This document shows, one piece after another, positions 51,697 through 64,000 of a stretch of DNA of 64,000 nucleotides (the stretch's first letter is position 1; each line of letters begins with the position of its first letter). Location of the stretch: assembly GCA_038496445.1 (NCBI GenBank), contig JALMLS010000097.1, forward strand, positions 1 to 64,000, given 5' to 3'. The notes under the pieces are model-generated. The model saw only the letters and a list, made by a program, of their open reading frames with translations, did no database searches and had not been told where the DNA came from. The position numbers were made by a program, and so were the translations under genes. Source of the stretch: Trichosphaerium sp. ATCC 40318. Lineage: Eukaryota > Protista > Tubulinea.

Positions 51697-53714
51697 ATGG
51701 AGGAGAGACAGATTTTAATATTAGTATTGTTGGCCATGATTACGCTTACGCAGTGTGCGTATAGTTTTGTTTGAAAAAATACTAAATTAGTGTTGTAAAA
51801 GAAAGTTCCTCTTACAAACTTTTGCTCTTAATTTTATTGTAAGGTACTCCTGCTGGTATGGTAGCTCATTTTGAAAGTGAAGGAAACCAACGTTTTAGTT
51901 TCAATGATGGTATACGCGTTGACGGCGAAAATTTTAGCAATTACAGCGTAATATCAGTTGGTGCATGGGTAAAATATAGTATTACTTGGTTAGTTCGTAC
52001 TTTGTCGTCGTTACTCTCGAATAATTTCTGTGCACTTATTTTTGGTTTTTTTGGCGTTTTGCCCACGTGCTTTTCTTCTTTTGTCGATATCTCTTTATCT
52101 GATGTAAGTAGGCCTTGTCCAACCAGTAGTAATTGTCCATTGTATACTATATTTTCAACAAAGCCTTCGGGAACAGCTGGTAGCTATGGATCCATGATTT
52201 ATGTTGGAAGCTATAGCCGAACCTTGTACCCTCGGCAACTCACATTTGAGACCTATGACACAAGTTTCAGAAAGTACCCCAGCAGTTCTTTTAACCCAGC
52301 GATTCACCCACAAGTCATGCTACAACAATGGGTATGGCTTACTCACTTTAAGACGTTTGTTGCTAACCCAATATAATATTAGACGTATGTTTATTTTTCA
52401 CGTGATTTGAACCAAAATAGAATAACTATAAAGACATTAGACGATACAATAGTGAAAACTGCAACTACCTCCACCTTTACATTATCTCCATCACAAAGAG
52501 TACGTAGCTAACACTTTAATTTCCATACCTATTAAGTACAAACATAGGAGTACTTTACAATTGGTTGCTTATCTAATCATTTGGACGCTCCTGCGTACGG
52601 GTTCTATGTGCGTTCACAAGAGTGCTATAAAACGCCTAGATATTAATGAGCACAATTAGGGTGATATTGACGACGTGGGTATATGGAAAAGGTTCTGTTT
52701 GTCTTTTGTTTAGTTTAATTAAAGTTTGATAGGGAACTATCGGATGATGAGATTATTGAACGAGCAATGAACCCTGATGTGCACTTAGCAGACGAAGATC
52801 TGCTTTACTTTTTTGACTTTGAAAAGGATTATCAACCCACTATTAATGCGACCATTGTGACTGCGTCCACATTTGGCAACTCTTACGTTCAGCGAGTGGA
52901 CTCGTACGTTTAGTTGAACGACATAGTTTCCGTTCTAAATTACATTAGTACGATTCCTGCTCGTCCAACAATTTCTCCAACCATGTTACCTACCTCATCT
53001 CCTACAGTTTCTCCTTCCAACTTACCAACAAATCCTCCTACCACAGCATTTAATCCTACACCTCAACCTTCTACAGCAGTACCAAGCACACCTTCCGAAC
53101 CTGTGATACAAATAAACATAGAAGTAAATAAAGTCATAGTATTCAATGGAGATTATGTGCTTAGTCCAAACCATACACTCACCTTTCGTAAAGGAGGGCA
53201 TATGAACATTACAGGTATTTATGAGAACAAGTACTAGGTCGGGGTTTTTTCTTTTGACAACTGTAGGCTGCTTTAATCCTTCAGGAAGTCTTATTGTTCA
53301 CACTGATGACAAGGAAAGTACCGAGCATACTTTATTTGAGTATTCATGCCTGAACCACACTGATGGCTTCTCAAACATTGAAGTTATTCACAGTGACAGC
53401 TGTAAAACATCAGAGTATGAACAAAAGTGGGCTACATCCAAGTTCTCACTTGTTGTCACTATCAATAACACGTGTTCTCATTGGTGGACATACTTGATCA
53501 TTGCCATTGTAGTTATAGTGATACTATCGATAATAATACTAATAGTCGTTGCATACTATGTACCGGTACAGTGTTACAAACAAATGACTTGTAGCATAAT
53601 GTACTAATATTGAACTAGGCATTCAGAAAAAGATTATTTCCTTTTAAAATGCGAGATGTATTTAACAGAGAAGTGGGGACTGCTAAACATTTTGATGAAA
53701 CAGAAAATTCTTAG
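51697..53714 (+). CDS. Type I membrane protein: LamG/concanavalin-like domain, P/T/S stalk, juxtamembrane domain, TM
   Basis: Signal peptide; SVGAWVK, FTIG, FY|GDIDDVGIWK|RELSDDEI; PT-rich linker; TM WWTYLIIAIVVIVILSIIILIVV. Confidence 0.8.
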
Positions 53715-54119
53715 TAGTTAGCACGTGGTCCTTATTCCATTTAGAAATAAATTTAGAGTTACATCAACCATTTTATTTTATGCTTGAAATTACATAAATA
53801 GGCATTTGCTGTACAGCTCCGCCAAAAAAATAGTGTTGGAGTAGAAGTCAACAGGTTGCCAGCAAATGAACTGAAATGAACCATCCTTATCTTAATGAAA
53901 TGATTGAAAGGGCTTTGTAGTATACAATAGCCAGGTTCTAAAACTATGAGCATCAAGTAATACCAACGTGCTTTCTGGGTCATCCTTTTGCTTTACGGTA
54001 CTCACAAAGAACTCAAATCACTCAATTTGTGGTGTAACAGGGAGTGTTTTAAGCTGTTCTTGCTTGTTGTCTCCTTGAGAGGGGTGAAGCTACTCCAAGT
54101 TCTTGCAAAGGTACACTTC

Positions 54120-54992
54120 TCAGATATCATCATCTTCTGGAAGTAATGGTACTTTATAAATATTTTCTCGATCAATCTCTAATTGATTTCTTTGTTCTTC
54201 TGTTAAAATAATAGCAGGTGGTCCTAGTGCCATGCCTGTAACTAGTTCAAGCTTATGGTCTCTATAACACGAGTTAGAGATAAGAAAGAAGCTAGAAATA
54301 AACTAAAAAAAGTCATACCCAGACAGTATTTGAAGAATGCTTATGAATGGTTTCTCGATATTGTAGTTTGCTTTTACTGATGTTTCATAATACGGTATAT
54401 CTTTTTTTCTGTGAAAAGTTATATAGCGCGGTTTAACCTACACGCAAAAGGCCAGTTAGTATCAAGAACATCTCAAAAAAAAAAACTCAACTATTTCATA
54501 CTTTTCTTTCTTTGATATCAACTTTGTTTCCAATCATGACTATTGGTATCTTACCACAAACCCTTATTATATCTTTATACCACATATGTACATGTTTGTA
54601 TGTCATTCTTGAAGTCACATCGAACATAACAATGCCGGCAGCTGCATCAAAACTAAACAAGAAAAACATAAATATTTTTGTTGACAACTAAGACTTACAA
54701 ATATGAATCTCGTAGTCTATATTGCCCGGCTGCATCCCACACGTTTAAAACTACTAATCCACGTGTAGTATACCAAGTCATAGGATGCACTTCAACACCT
54801 ATTGTGGGATAGTATCTTCTGTCAAACTCACAACCTTGCAGCCTCCTAACAAGTGAAGTCTTTCCTACACCTCCATCGCCACAAAGAACTATCTTGAACT
54901 GAGGAATTTTGCTCTAAACAAAAACAAAGTCAGACTCGGATTATTTGTGTATGTCTCACAGGAACCGTTGAAAATGCTGGTGTTGTTGCCAT
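54120..54992 (-). CDS. Divergent Ran GTPase paralog
   Basis: [55 protein letters not shown], acidic tail LPEDDDI*. Confidence 0.9.
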
Positions 54993-55234
54993 CTATATGT
55001 TATGAAGTAACTAAAAAAGCTCTTTCTGCGCAATTTCTGGTAGAACCTTCTAGAAGCATGTGACTGTTTATATTCACTTAACCATTGCTGTAAAACGTAA
55101 TTAACGTTGTAACCTTGGTCGTTAAGAATAGCTTGGCAGTACCAGTGTATCCAGTAGTCATAATCAATCCGTTTTAGCGAGATTCGGTTAAAAGTACATT
55201 GAAACAGGCGTATAGTCGTCATAACGGTTCTTCG

Positions 55235-56830
55235 ATGGCGAGTATCAAGGCATACGTTCCCTCCGAATTGTACAACACGCTAGAAGCGAACTTACAACGA
55301 TTAGATAATTTCGCTCGACGAACTGTATGCTGGAGACACAAAAGCCGTCTCAGAGTTTACTGATAGCGTAATTAAACGTGGATTTGCACTTTTAAGCCTT
55401 CAAAAGGAAGAAAAAACCACAAAATTGGCACAAGACAATATAAACCGTACAGTTACCGCCTGTAACGGTTTCTTCTCAGCAAATGACAATTACAAGCAAC
55501 ATTACTTCTTTCCTCCTGTATTTGGGTACACGTCGTTACCTCACAAGGAGGGATTTCGATATTTGACAGGAAGGTAATGTTTGGTTTTTTTTCTCTAAGT
55601 TTTTTTGGCTAAGTTTTTTGCAAGTCATTTCGTCTATGATATTATGCCGAATCACTTTCAGAATGTGTTAAGTGTATTCTTGGCTATGGAAAAAGTGTTG
55701 ATTGAAATAACTGGTCACGTGTCAAAAGGTAAAAAGTGGTTCAGTGTTTCAATAGATGAGTCTTTAAGCTAATGCTCACTCTTTTTAAGACTTATTCGGT
55801 GCTACTGTTAATGAGCTTGGTAAAAAGATGTCTTTACCTTGTCTTCAAGAAGACGACAAAGAAAAGCACTATGCAATGGTAGATATTGTTAAATATTACA
55901 ATACAGGCACGTGCCTTCGAAACGAACATAATTGCAGCTACTAACGTTAAAAAAAGAAATCTTAGATGCAACAAATAAAAAAGTGCCTGAGATGAACTGT
56001 ATGGAGCATTATGATCCAGGTACTGTTTAATTTTATACATTGAGCTAGTTTACCTTAAAGTTGCTGATAGTTCAAGGTCTGTTTTCGTTAAACATTGTTT
56101 CCACTGAACCTGGGCTTCAACTGTATGATCACAACTCAAACGCATGGCTAGATTGCCCACCTGATACTGCTGTAATATGGTGCGGTAAAGCTGCAGTTGA
56201 AGCGTCAAATGGTCGTATTAAACCTGGTAAACACCGCGTTCTGTACTCGGAAAAACCCAGAATCACTATTTGGCTTGAGGTGCGTTTCAGTATGTTTTTA
56301 TTCATCATGGTATTACTCGTTGCAAATTGCTTCAAACTGATGAAACCATTACTTCTGTTGGATATTTATACCTGTTGTAGCTTATTACTTCAAACCAAGT
56401 ACCACCAGAGACTCATGAGAAAGGTATATTAGCATTTGATACAAGGAAGAAAGATGAGGTAGCTGATAAGATGATTACTGCTGAAATGTACGATGATTGG
56501 TTTGAAATCGAAAAAGTGACTGGTATTCCGTACGTGTATTGTTTTGTGAACTACAGCGTTGTGTAATTTGATGAAACATAATTTTTACAAGCAATTTATG
56601 ACAGTGTGTTCTCTCGTGTACTGTATGATTTATCTTAAAATTTTCTTGCTTTTTTTTTGTTTTTTTTTTCTTGGTCTAACAAAAATAGTTGGTCCAAACG
56701 CCGTAACAGATGGGTACCAGAAGCCAAAAAAGCTTTTGAAAAACGTACTAATATGAAAGCTGTAACATATAGAGAACATAGAAGAGGAGCAAAAACGACT
56801 CCAATAGCACAAAATGCTCAGCCAACTTAA
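55235..56830 (+). CDS. 2-oxoglutarate/Fe(II) oxygenase (IPNS/DIOX-like)
   Basis: EHYDP|GLFSL (HxD), PGLQL, KHRV, PRIT. The 3' end is approximate. Confidence 0.8.
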
Positions 56831-57127
56831 ATAAATTGTAGCTTAGCAAAGGATTGAAGAACTTCGGTTGTATTAAAGCGTTTTTATTTTCAGTCTGCAA
56901 ACAAGAAACAATCGGAACGAGTTAGTTATAAGACTTCCAGTTACACTTTCGCCTGCCAAAATCCGTTAACGTTAAATTAAATTCTTGATAACTTGTGATG
57001 TTACCAGAAAACTCGGTGAATTTTAGGACTTTTTTAACTGACATTTGGACATTGTTGTGCACTATTCATTGCATCTCAATTCAGTTGGTTTAAAAAAACG
57101 TGACGAGGAGCTAATAAACTGAAAAAC

Positions 57128-59036
57128 ATGGATATGCTACCTCTTGAGCTGTGGGTGGCTATTACGACTAAAATGGATAGAAAAACGGCTAGTGTTGCTT
57201 GTTGGTATCTTATTATCGTTTAGATAGTGTAAACATGCTTATCATTACTGTTAGCGTTTGTAGACTACTTCATGAGTTGTGTTGGGATGAATTAATAATA
57301 CGTATCGGCTATACGCGCTTCACGTACGTTTAAGACGTAAAGGTGGCCAACAGGGTCCTTTTGAAGGTGTTTTAGTAATTCAAATGCGTAGCGCTGCACG
57401 AATAGCACAAGACGGCTCAGTTTCCATCATTTTAGGTTCCTTATACGTTAATAGTGCCATAGTCGCATCCTAAACCTCATAGATAAGCCTAGTACCCTCT
57501 ACGAAGTAGGGAATGGTGTTGTATTCACTCAGCCTAAACCCAAAATGACGCCAAGTTTCACTTTAGAAGATGACGAATCATTAGATCCAGAGATGGTCTA
57601 CAACTTTCTTATCAATGCCATCGACCTTTCTATACGCTCTGCAAGAATCAAAGGTAACGGTGTATCTATTATGCTTCAAGAGATTTGACGAACGTTGAAG
57701 GAAGGCATCCAATGCGTCTGATAGTTGTTGTGCCCAATACGTTTACTGTTTTTCGGAGGACCTTGGTTCTTCAAGCGACACAGGAGCTCAGACATAAATT
57801 ATTGCGTATTGTAACAGATTCAACTTGTGCTGTTATTGGTTTTTTACTTAGCAAACCTGAGTTGCAAAAGGTGCGAGCATTGTTAATGAATCACGTGATT
57901 TTGTTTCAAAAACAACTTAATATTTCGTCAATGTATTTTTTCATTGTAAATGTCTTTAGGCCTTAGTTTGTGTGTCTGTATTGAATGAAACAGATTCCCG
58001 ATCCAAAACACAATGGGAAATTGATGAGGTAGCTAAGTTAACTGAGCTCGTTAAATCACAGCTTTGACACCTTAGAGATCTAACTATATTGTAGGGTGTT
58101 GTGGAGGAGAAGGCATGTTTTGACAAACCTCCTGAAGAGTATCATCTGGTTGTGTACTCAAATGAATCTAAGAAGATAGATATTGACGGTGGACCTTACT
58201 CAAAAGTGTATAGGTTTAACGAAAAAACAGAAGAGGAGCACACACTTGCAGTTGCGTTTTAAAAAAAAAGAAAAATAATCTTCGAAAAGTAATGTTAGTT
58301 TTTTCATCTTGTAATTAATCAAGTAGGGCGCTGCGTTATATTTTGCTATTCTTACTAGCCTTCCTCTTTTTAAACATGCTCCAAGTATTCATGAAGAAGT
58401 GATTACTCTTGAAAATACAAAGCTAACTATCTCCTTGGAAACTGCAGGCACAAAATAATATAGATAACTTAAATTTTTTGGGGTTTTCTTTAACACGTAT
58501 TCCATAGGAGGTGTTGCTACACCCATGATAATTAAGGGATCAATGATACCGACAAAGAGAAGCCAAGTATTCACAACTTATAGTGATAACCCACCTGCCA
58601 TTCTCATTCAAGTACTACGACATGCTTTCAATTAGTTTGATTTTTTTTAATTCGTCTTTCAGTTTTTTGAAGGAAATAGAAGCCTTACACGTGATAATGT
58701 TAAGATTGCAAGCTATGAAGTTGCAGGCATTGTGCCTGCACCAAGAGGTACAAAAATGATAAGTTGTTAAAAACATGTGGCAGGATCAAACCAACTTCTT
58801 TAAAATTTAGGTGTTCCTCAGATACAAGTCACAATGAATATTTCAGAGAATATGTGTTTCAGTGCAACTGCTTGCGATAAAACACAGGGAATGGTACACC
58901 ATTCATTGTTTAAATCCTAAAATCAAACATTGGAAATAGTTAACACCTGTTTTAGCCACGTGTCGGTACACATCTGATCCAAACTTACCCAGACGTCCAG
59001 AGAAAATCATATTTACATGATTCTTGTTTCTTGTAG
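57128..59036 (+). CDS. F-box fused to degenerate Hsp70 (partial NBD plus beta-sandwich substrate-binding domain)
   Basis: [12 protein letters not shown]...C|VCRLLHEL; [12 protein letters not shown]...[15 protein letters not shown]; ISLETAG|[34 protein letters not shown]|[12 protein letters not shown]...IVPAPR|GVPQIQVT. Confidence 0.85.
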
Positions 59037-59459
59037 AATATGACATATTTCAAGGAGTAAGGTTGCGATAACGCACAAAAAAAACATATTGTTAATCAAT
59101 TAAGTAAAAACTTGGATTATTTGAAGACAATGATGTCTACCTTGACATTTGCATTCATATAATTGTAAACTACAATCTTTGGCTTCTAGAATGTGACCTT
59201 TCCGTGATAAAATTACTCACAAAGAGTCTATCCCAACAATCAATGACAAGAAATAAAAAGTGTAGTTCCCAACAACTCGGTTACTAGCCATTGCAAAAGT
59301 TTATGATAAGTGGTAGCTTAATAGAATTCAGATTTTTATTAAATAGCGACAGTACTGTTATCACATTTTTCACAAAGAAATAAATCATATGGTGAACAAA
59401 AACCGGCACGCTGAAAAAAAAAAAGAGCTAATAAGTGTAATCAAATCCAAATGAATTGT

Positions 59460-60663
59460 TAACGTACTTGTTACTTTACATGGTTGATTATCCTTTACAA
59501 CCACAGCGTCTCTATCGTTAGTTTTAATAGCCGGATGTCCAGTCTAGAGTTGTATGAGAAACAGAGCAATGAGGGCGTGATACAATATAAGAAAAAACAA
59601 AGAAAAAAAAAAGTAAACGAATGTGCTCCATACGTAAGCTTCACAATTACTAAAAACTGTCAGATATTTCGCCTATCATTCTAGTTAAAGGATTTATTGT
59701 AGTCCCTTTTATTTCAGAAGAAGTAATCTTCACATTGACACCAGTTGAAAACTTGTCAAAAAATATGCTTCCCTAATGAAAAAAGTAAGAAAACTTGTCT
59801 TGGCTCATAGTTCAACTGATTTGAATTAACGTACACCAACATTATCAAGTACACTATTGTACATTTCAAAGTGTTTCATTTCGCTTATTATTTCTGTTTT
59901 AGGAGGTGTAGAGACAGTACTGTGTTCAAGGTGTATAATATCTAAAGAAAAAAAAAAGCACGTGATTAGTTTTTACTTTTCCTCGGTACAATGTAATCCT
60001 AACACATACCCGATCCGAGAGAAATATTCTTTGAGGTAGCTATAGTCGAGAAACTAGCGAACAAAGTACTTGTGATTTTTCCAAGAGCAATATTTTCTCC
60101 ATAAACTGTAGACTCTTCTAAGAAAACTATACGACTTGCTAGAAGAAGTACTGTTCCTTTCTCATATCCAAGTTTTGCTTCGTGAGCAGAAACACTAACA
60201 GCTTCGGCACTAACACTGTTGCACGTCACACAATTACGATTCAAAGCGTCAAGGCCTGAACTTGTCAAATTCTTAATTGTCATGTTATTGAGCGATGCTG
60301 TTAGGCCTCTGTATTCAGTACTCCTAAGAACCTAGAGTAAAACGGTTAATGAAGAATTATCAGGTTTGCAGCCCTTACGAAAGAGTCTATTGCAACTGTT
60401 CCTTTAGCATAAAACTTTACTGCGGCTGTATCAGCCCATATGTGATGTGCTATATAACTGTTAACCTGATTTTGAAGGCTCAAAAAAATGTACTTGGGTA
60501 GTTTCCTTGTTTAAAGCAGAATATCGCAACGAGGTTCCCCATATGCTTTTGAGTATCTAAAAGCGCGCTGTTGACCCTAGAAATTACTGACTGCGCACAG
60601 TGTCACTCCCATATGGTCCAATCCAGTAAGTACACGAAGCACAATATACTACTGAAACGCATA
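59460..60663 (-). CDS. Hypothetical, possibly secreted multi-exon protein (poorly resolved)
   Basis: Open exon 59999-60330 with splice sites and a hydrophobic start near 60663; stops or indels elsewhere. Confidence 0.35.
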
Positions 60664-60998
60664 TAAGTACAACTAGGAGAAGTTGTTGCGATGCTGTACT
60701 GTTGAACTTTGTGTACCTAAACCATGTAACCTTAGGACTTAACATTTCTACTCATTAAGGCGAGGTGTAAGGAAGCGAAAATCCGCAATGAAAGGGGTAG
60801 AACGGTTGGTAAAGGTAGGTGGCATAAAGGCCGAAATCGCTTTGGAGGCGCGAACACTTAAGTTTAAATCTCACTTTCCTAGGTGTTTCCCTACTGGAGT
60901 GGAATTGCATTAAAAGAAAAAAAAACTTTTGAAATCACAAACATTTTGTTCTGATATCTTTATTCGATTTAGTAGACATTACATCATCAATAAGGGAC

Positions 60999-63776
60999 TT
61001 AATGCTTCTTACCCTTTCCTTTCTTAAGTCTACAACAAAAAAAAAAATTAGAAACAAAGGGGTGGACCAAGAAAGACGAAAGAAAAGCAAACAACAAATT
61101 ATTCAAAAAAAAAGGAAAAAAAAAAAGTTTGAAAAAAATTACGTACGAGTTAGTGTTGTAGTGTTTTGGTGCTTCCCTTACAACTGGGATGTAAGCTTTA
61201 TCTTTCAAGAATCCTTCAGTGTAAGGTTGCAACACTTCAGGGACTTTGACACCGAGAAGCTTTCCTTCTTCGTCCAAGTCTTGGTAGTTCTCCAAAATAC
61301 AACAAATAGTACGCTCAGTAGCTGTTAATGTTGAGTTCAACATGTGTACGTAACGTGGACCACGGTCTCCTTTGGAGAAAGAATGAGAAAACTGAACGGG
61401 CAACAGCAACAGAAGAGAAAAAAAAAGAAGAAAAAAACGTCAAATCTTCTTTTTTTTTGTACCTTGCTTTGGTTGACCACAACGAATTTCTAAACGGCGT
61501 GCTTGGTAATCAGTGCAGTTAGAGCATGATACCAATTCACGGTGGACTGGTTCAGTCAATTGAGAACCTTAAATAAACGTAAATAACTCATCAAACTCAA
61601 CACGAACATGTTAAATAGCTGTCTAAGAAAAAAAACCCAAAAAAGTTTCACAAAAAAAAAAAGACGTACCAGGGAACCAAGCTTCCAAATCGTACTTCTT
61701 AGCAGCGGCGTTATTCAACTCACCAGAAACAAGGCATACAATATGGTATGGTAAATCTACAATCAAATTGTGAGCCAAACTCATCCAAAAAATGAAAAAC
61801 TCTGTGAAGCGTACTGAGTGATTGATAAAAGTCTTCAGATGCTTTCAACATAGCCTCATGCATCTCCCATGATTTTTCTGGTGTAGTGATGCAAAATTGT
61901 TCGATTTTTTCGAACTGATGGATACGGAAGATACCCCAAACGTCTTTTCCTGAAGAACCTGCTTCTTTACGGAAGCATGTTGAGTAACCAGCGTATTTCA
62001 ATGGAAGTTCGCTCTCATCAAGTCTCTCACCTCTAAGAAACGAGATTAGACAGGACTAGAGAAGCAAGAAAGCCAGTTTCAAAGAAAAATAAAACTGGTC
62101 TCCAAGTAGACATTTGGTTGCGTTCTGGGTACCTGTGGTAAGCACAGATTGGTTGTTCTGAGGTTGCAATGAGGTATTGTTCACCTGCATCCTTGTTTCC
62201 TGTTACTTTGTACAATTCTTCATCAAATTGCTATGGCAAAGGCGTGAGTGAACTGAAAGGGTTATGTAAACGTTTTGCTTTTGAGAAAAATATTTCAATC
62301 CATTAAACCCTTCAATGTGTACCTCGAGTTGTGCTACTTCTCCCATTACATCCTTGTTCATAAAGAAAGGTGTTTGGATAGGCGTGTACTCTCTCTTGGC
62401 CAAAAACTTCATTCCGTAGTTGATAAGCGCTTGGTTGAGTGCGACACCAGGTCCAGTAAGGTAGTATCCTCTGTGACCAGCTACATTAGATCCTAAATAA
62501 CAATTCATATTAGCAAGTAGAACAATGACCACTACGCAGATAAACAAAAACGTAGAAACTTTTTTTTCGACTGAAAAACTCTACTATTCGCTGAGCATTT
62601 ACATCAGCACCAGCGTCGGTACTGATTTGAAAACAAAAAAAAAGCGAAATAAAAAAAAAGTGAAAGAACAGCACACACTACCTCTAATAGGTTCAAAACC
62701 GCCAATCATGTAAAGAATTTGATGGTGATGGTACAAACCAGGCACTTTTTTAAATTCACCCCATGTTTTTACAACATCATTATCGTGCTAGAACAACATC
62801 AGCATGAGCGTCAAAACAAAAATAAAATAAGATCAAAGCATTTTGGTGTTCACGAGAAAAACTTGTTTTAAATTCGGCTGTGGGAACGCACCTCATCCTT
62901 GGAGATTGGGCATGAAGGGTGTACAATATTACCGACATGGTTGAGTTTGGCTTCAAGTGCGAGTTTTGTTTCTTGTACTTTTTTAACCAACTCTTGCATT
63001 TTGGCATCTAATGCTTTGGATTCAGCGCGTTTTGCGTTGGCTTCATCCTTTTTTTTCTACAGAGATTATAGGTTAGCCAGACTGGATATTTGGGTACAAG
63101 ATAGACGCGTGTTAACGAGAAAAAAACGTACTTCTTTGAACAATTTGCCCATTTCTTTAGACAAGGCGTTTTTCTGTTTTTTCAACTGTTCTACTTCGAA
63201 TTGCTCTGTAAATGTGTCAGATTGGTGTACATAAGAAAGTATTGAAGTCCGGACGAGTTAAAAAAAATCTTAATCGTGGTTTGGCGTATGTGTAACACTA
63301 ACCTTTCCTCCATTGGGCATCTAGCGCAATAATTTCATCTACGATGGCAGGGTCTTTAAAACGCGCCTTTTGAGAATCTTTTACTACTTGAGGGTTACCT
63401 GCTCATGTGTCAGCACGTTTACGCTATAAAAATATGGTTTGTTTTTATTCTTGGCTGTTTTCGCAAGAAATAAGGCAACACGTTACTACTATAGGCGTAG
63501 GAGTTTTTACTGTCGTTCAGTTCGTAACGCACCGCCTTTTTCCTTTCGGAACAAGTTAATATCCAAGCCTGTCTTGATTTGGTTTGATTTAGACATGTCG
63601 TCGTTATTGGTGGGTACAGAACAGTAAAAACGCTGGCTTAAGCGAATTTTTTCAGAATAAATCTTCCTTGTTACATTTGTGCCCAATTTCTTTACTCTAC
63701 AAAAACGCCTCTTATAACGTTGTGTGCTACGCACAGAATACGGTGTAAATAGTGCTCTTCTAGCAAAAACTGACAT
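60999..63776 (-). CDS. SARS: Seryl-tRNA synthetase, cytosolic type, with N-terminal presequence
   Basis: [68 protein letters not shown]. Confidence 0.97.
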
Positions 63777-64000
63777 TTTTTTTTAATTTAACAAAGGTAC
63801 ACGATTACCCGACAGGTTTTAGCGCATCATGCATGATGCAATTGGTTACCCGAAAAAAACCACACAAAATAAAACCATTTTTAGTCATAGCAAGTCACGC
63901 ACGCCAGTTCAGTGTACCTGGGGGATGATGACAACTCACCTTTCCGTGGTATCCCCTAATAACAACGCTATGAGCTCGTATAACATAAATACGTTGCAAT

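Noticed and set aside
63920-63957. Hairpin ggggat...atcccc containing ATGATGA
   Set aside because: Only a 6-bp stem; no box D or SECIS geometry.
1-64000. Programmed frameshifting, RNA editing or a variant genetic code to explain broken frames
   Set aside because: Breaks are mostly single-base indels in homopolymers within duplicated genes, and conserved genes read cleanly in the standard code. Sequencing error or decay is simpler.

Overview
AT-rich, intron-dense nuclear DNA from a microbial eukaryote (short introns, standard code). Gene content is consistent with a free-living amoeboid protist, but the taxon cannot be fixed from sequence alone. Conserved housekeeping genes: fibrillarin, a BRD8-like SANT protein, RPL23, HAUS4, a PMCA Ca2+-ATPase and SerRS. 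These are surrounded by a fast-evolving accessory compartment. It contains (i) cullin-RING substrate adaptors fused to degenerate copies of core proteins: F-box-RasGEF x2, F-box-Hsp70, G-alpha-BTB, F-box-LRR and F-box-like-MORN. It also has (ii) an intronless stand-alone protein carrying about 22 RNA Pol II CTD-like YSPTSPK heptads, (iii) divergent paralogs of fibrillarin, Ran and Rac, (iv) a nested inverted duplication holding a 10-Cys secreted prepropeptide family, and (v) bacterial-type secreted proteins. Non-coding signals: a tRNA-Val(TAC) with a broken acceptor stem, snoRNA candidates and strong CACGTG enrichment. Many frameshifts are single-base indels in homopolymers, so pseudogene calls are provisional. 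All gene models were spliced by hand and family calls rest on remembered motifs, not database searches.
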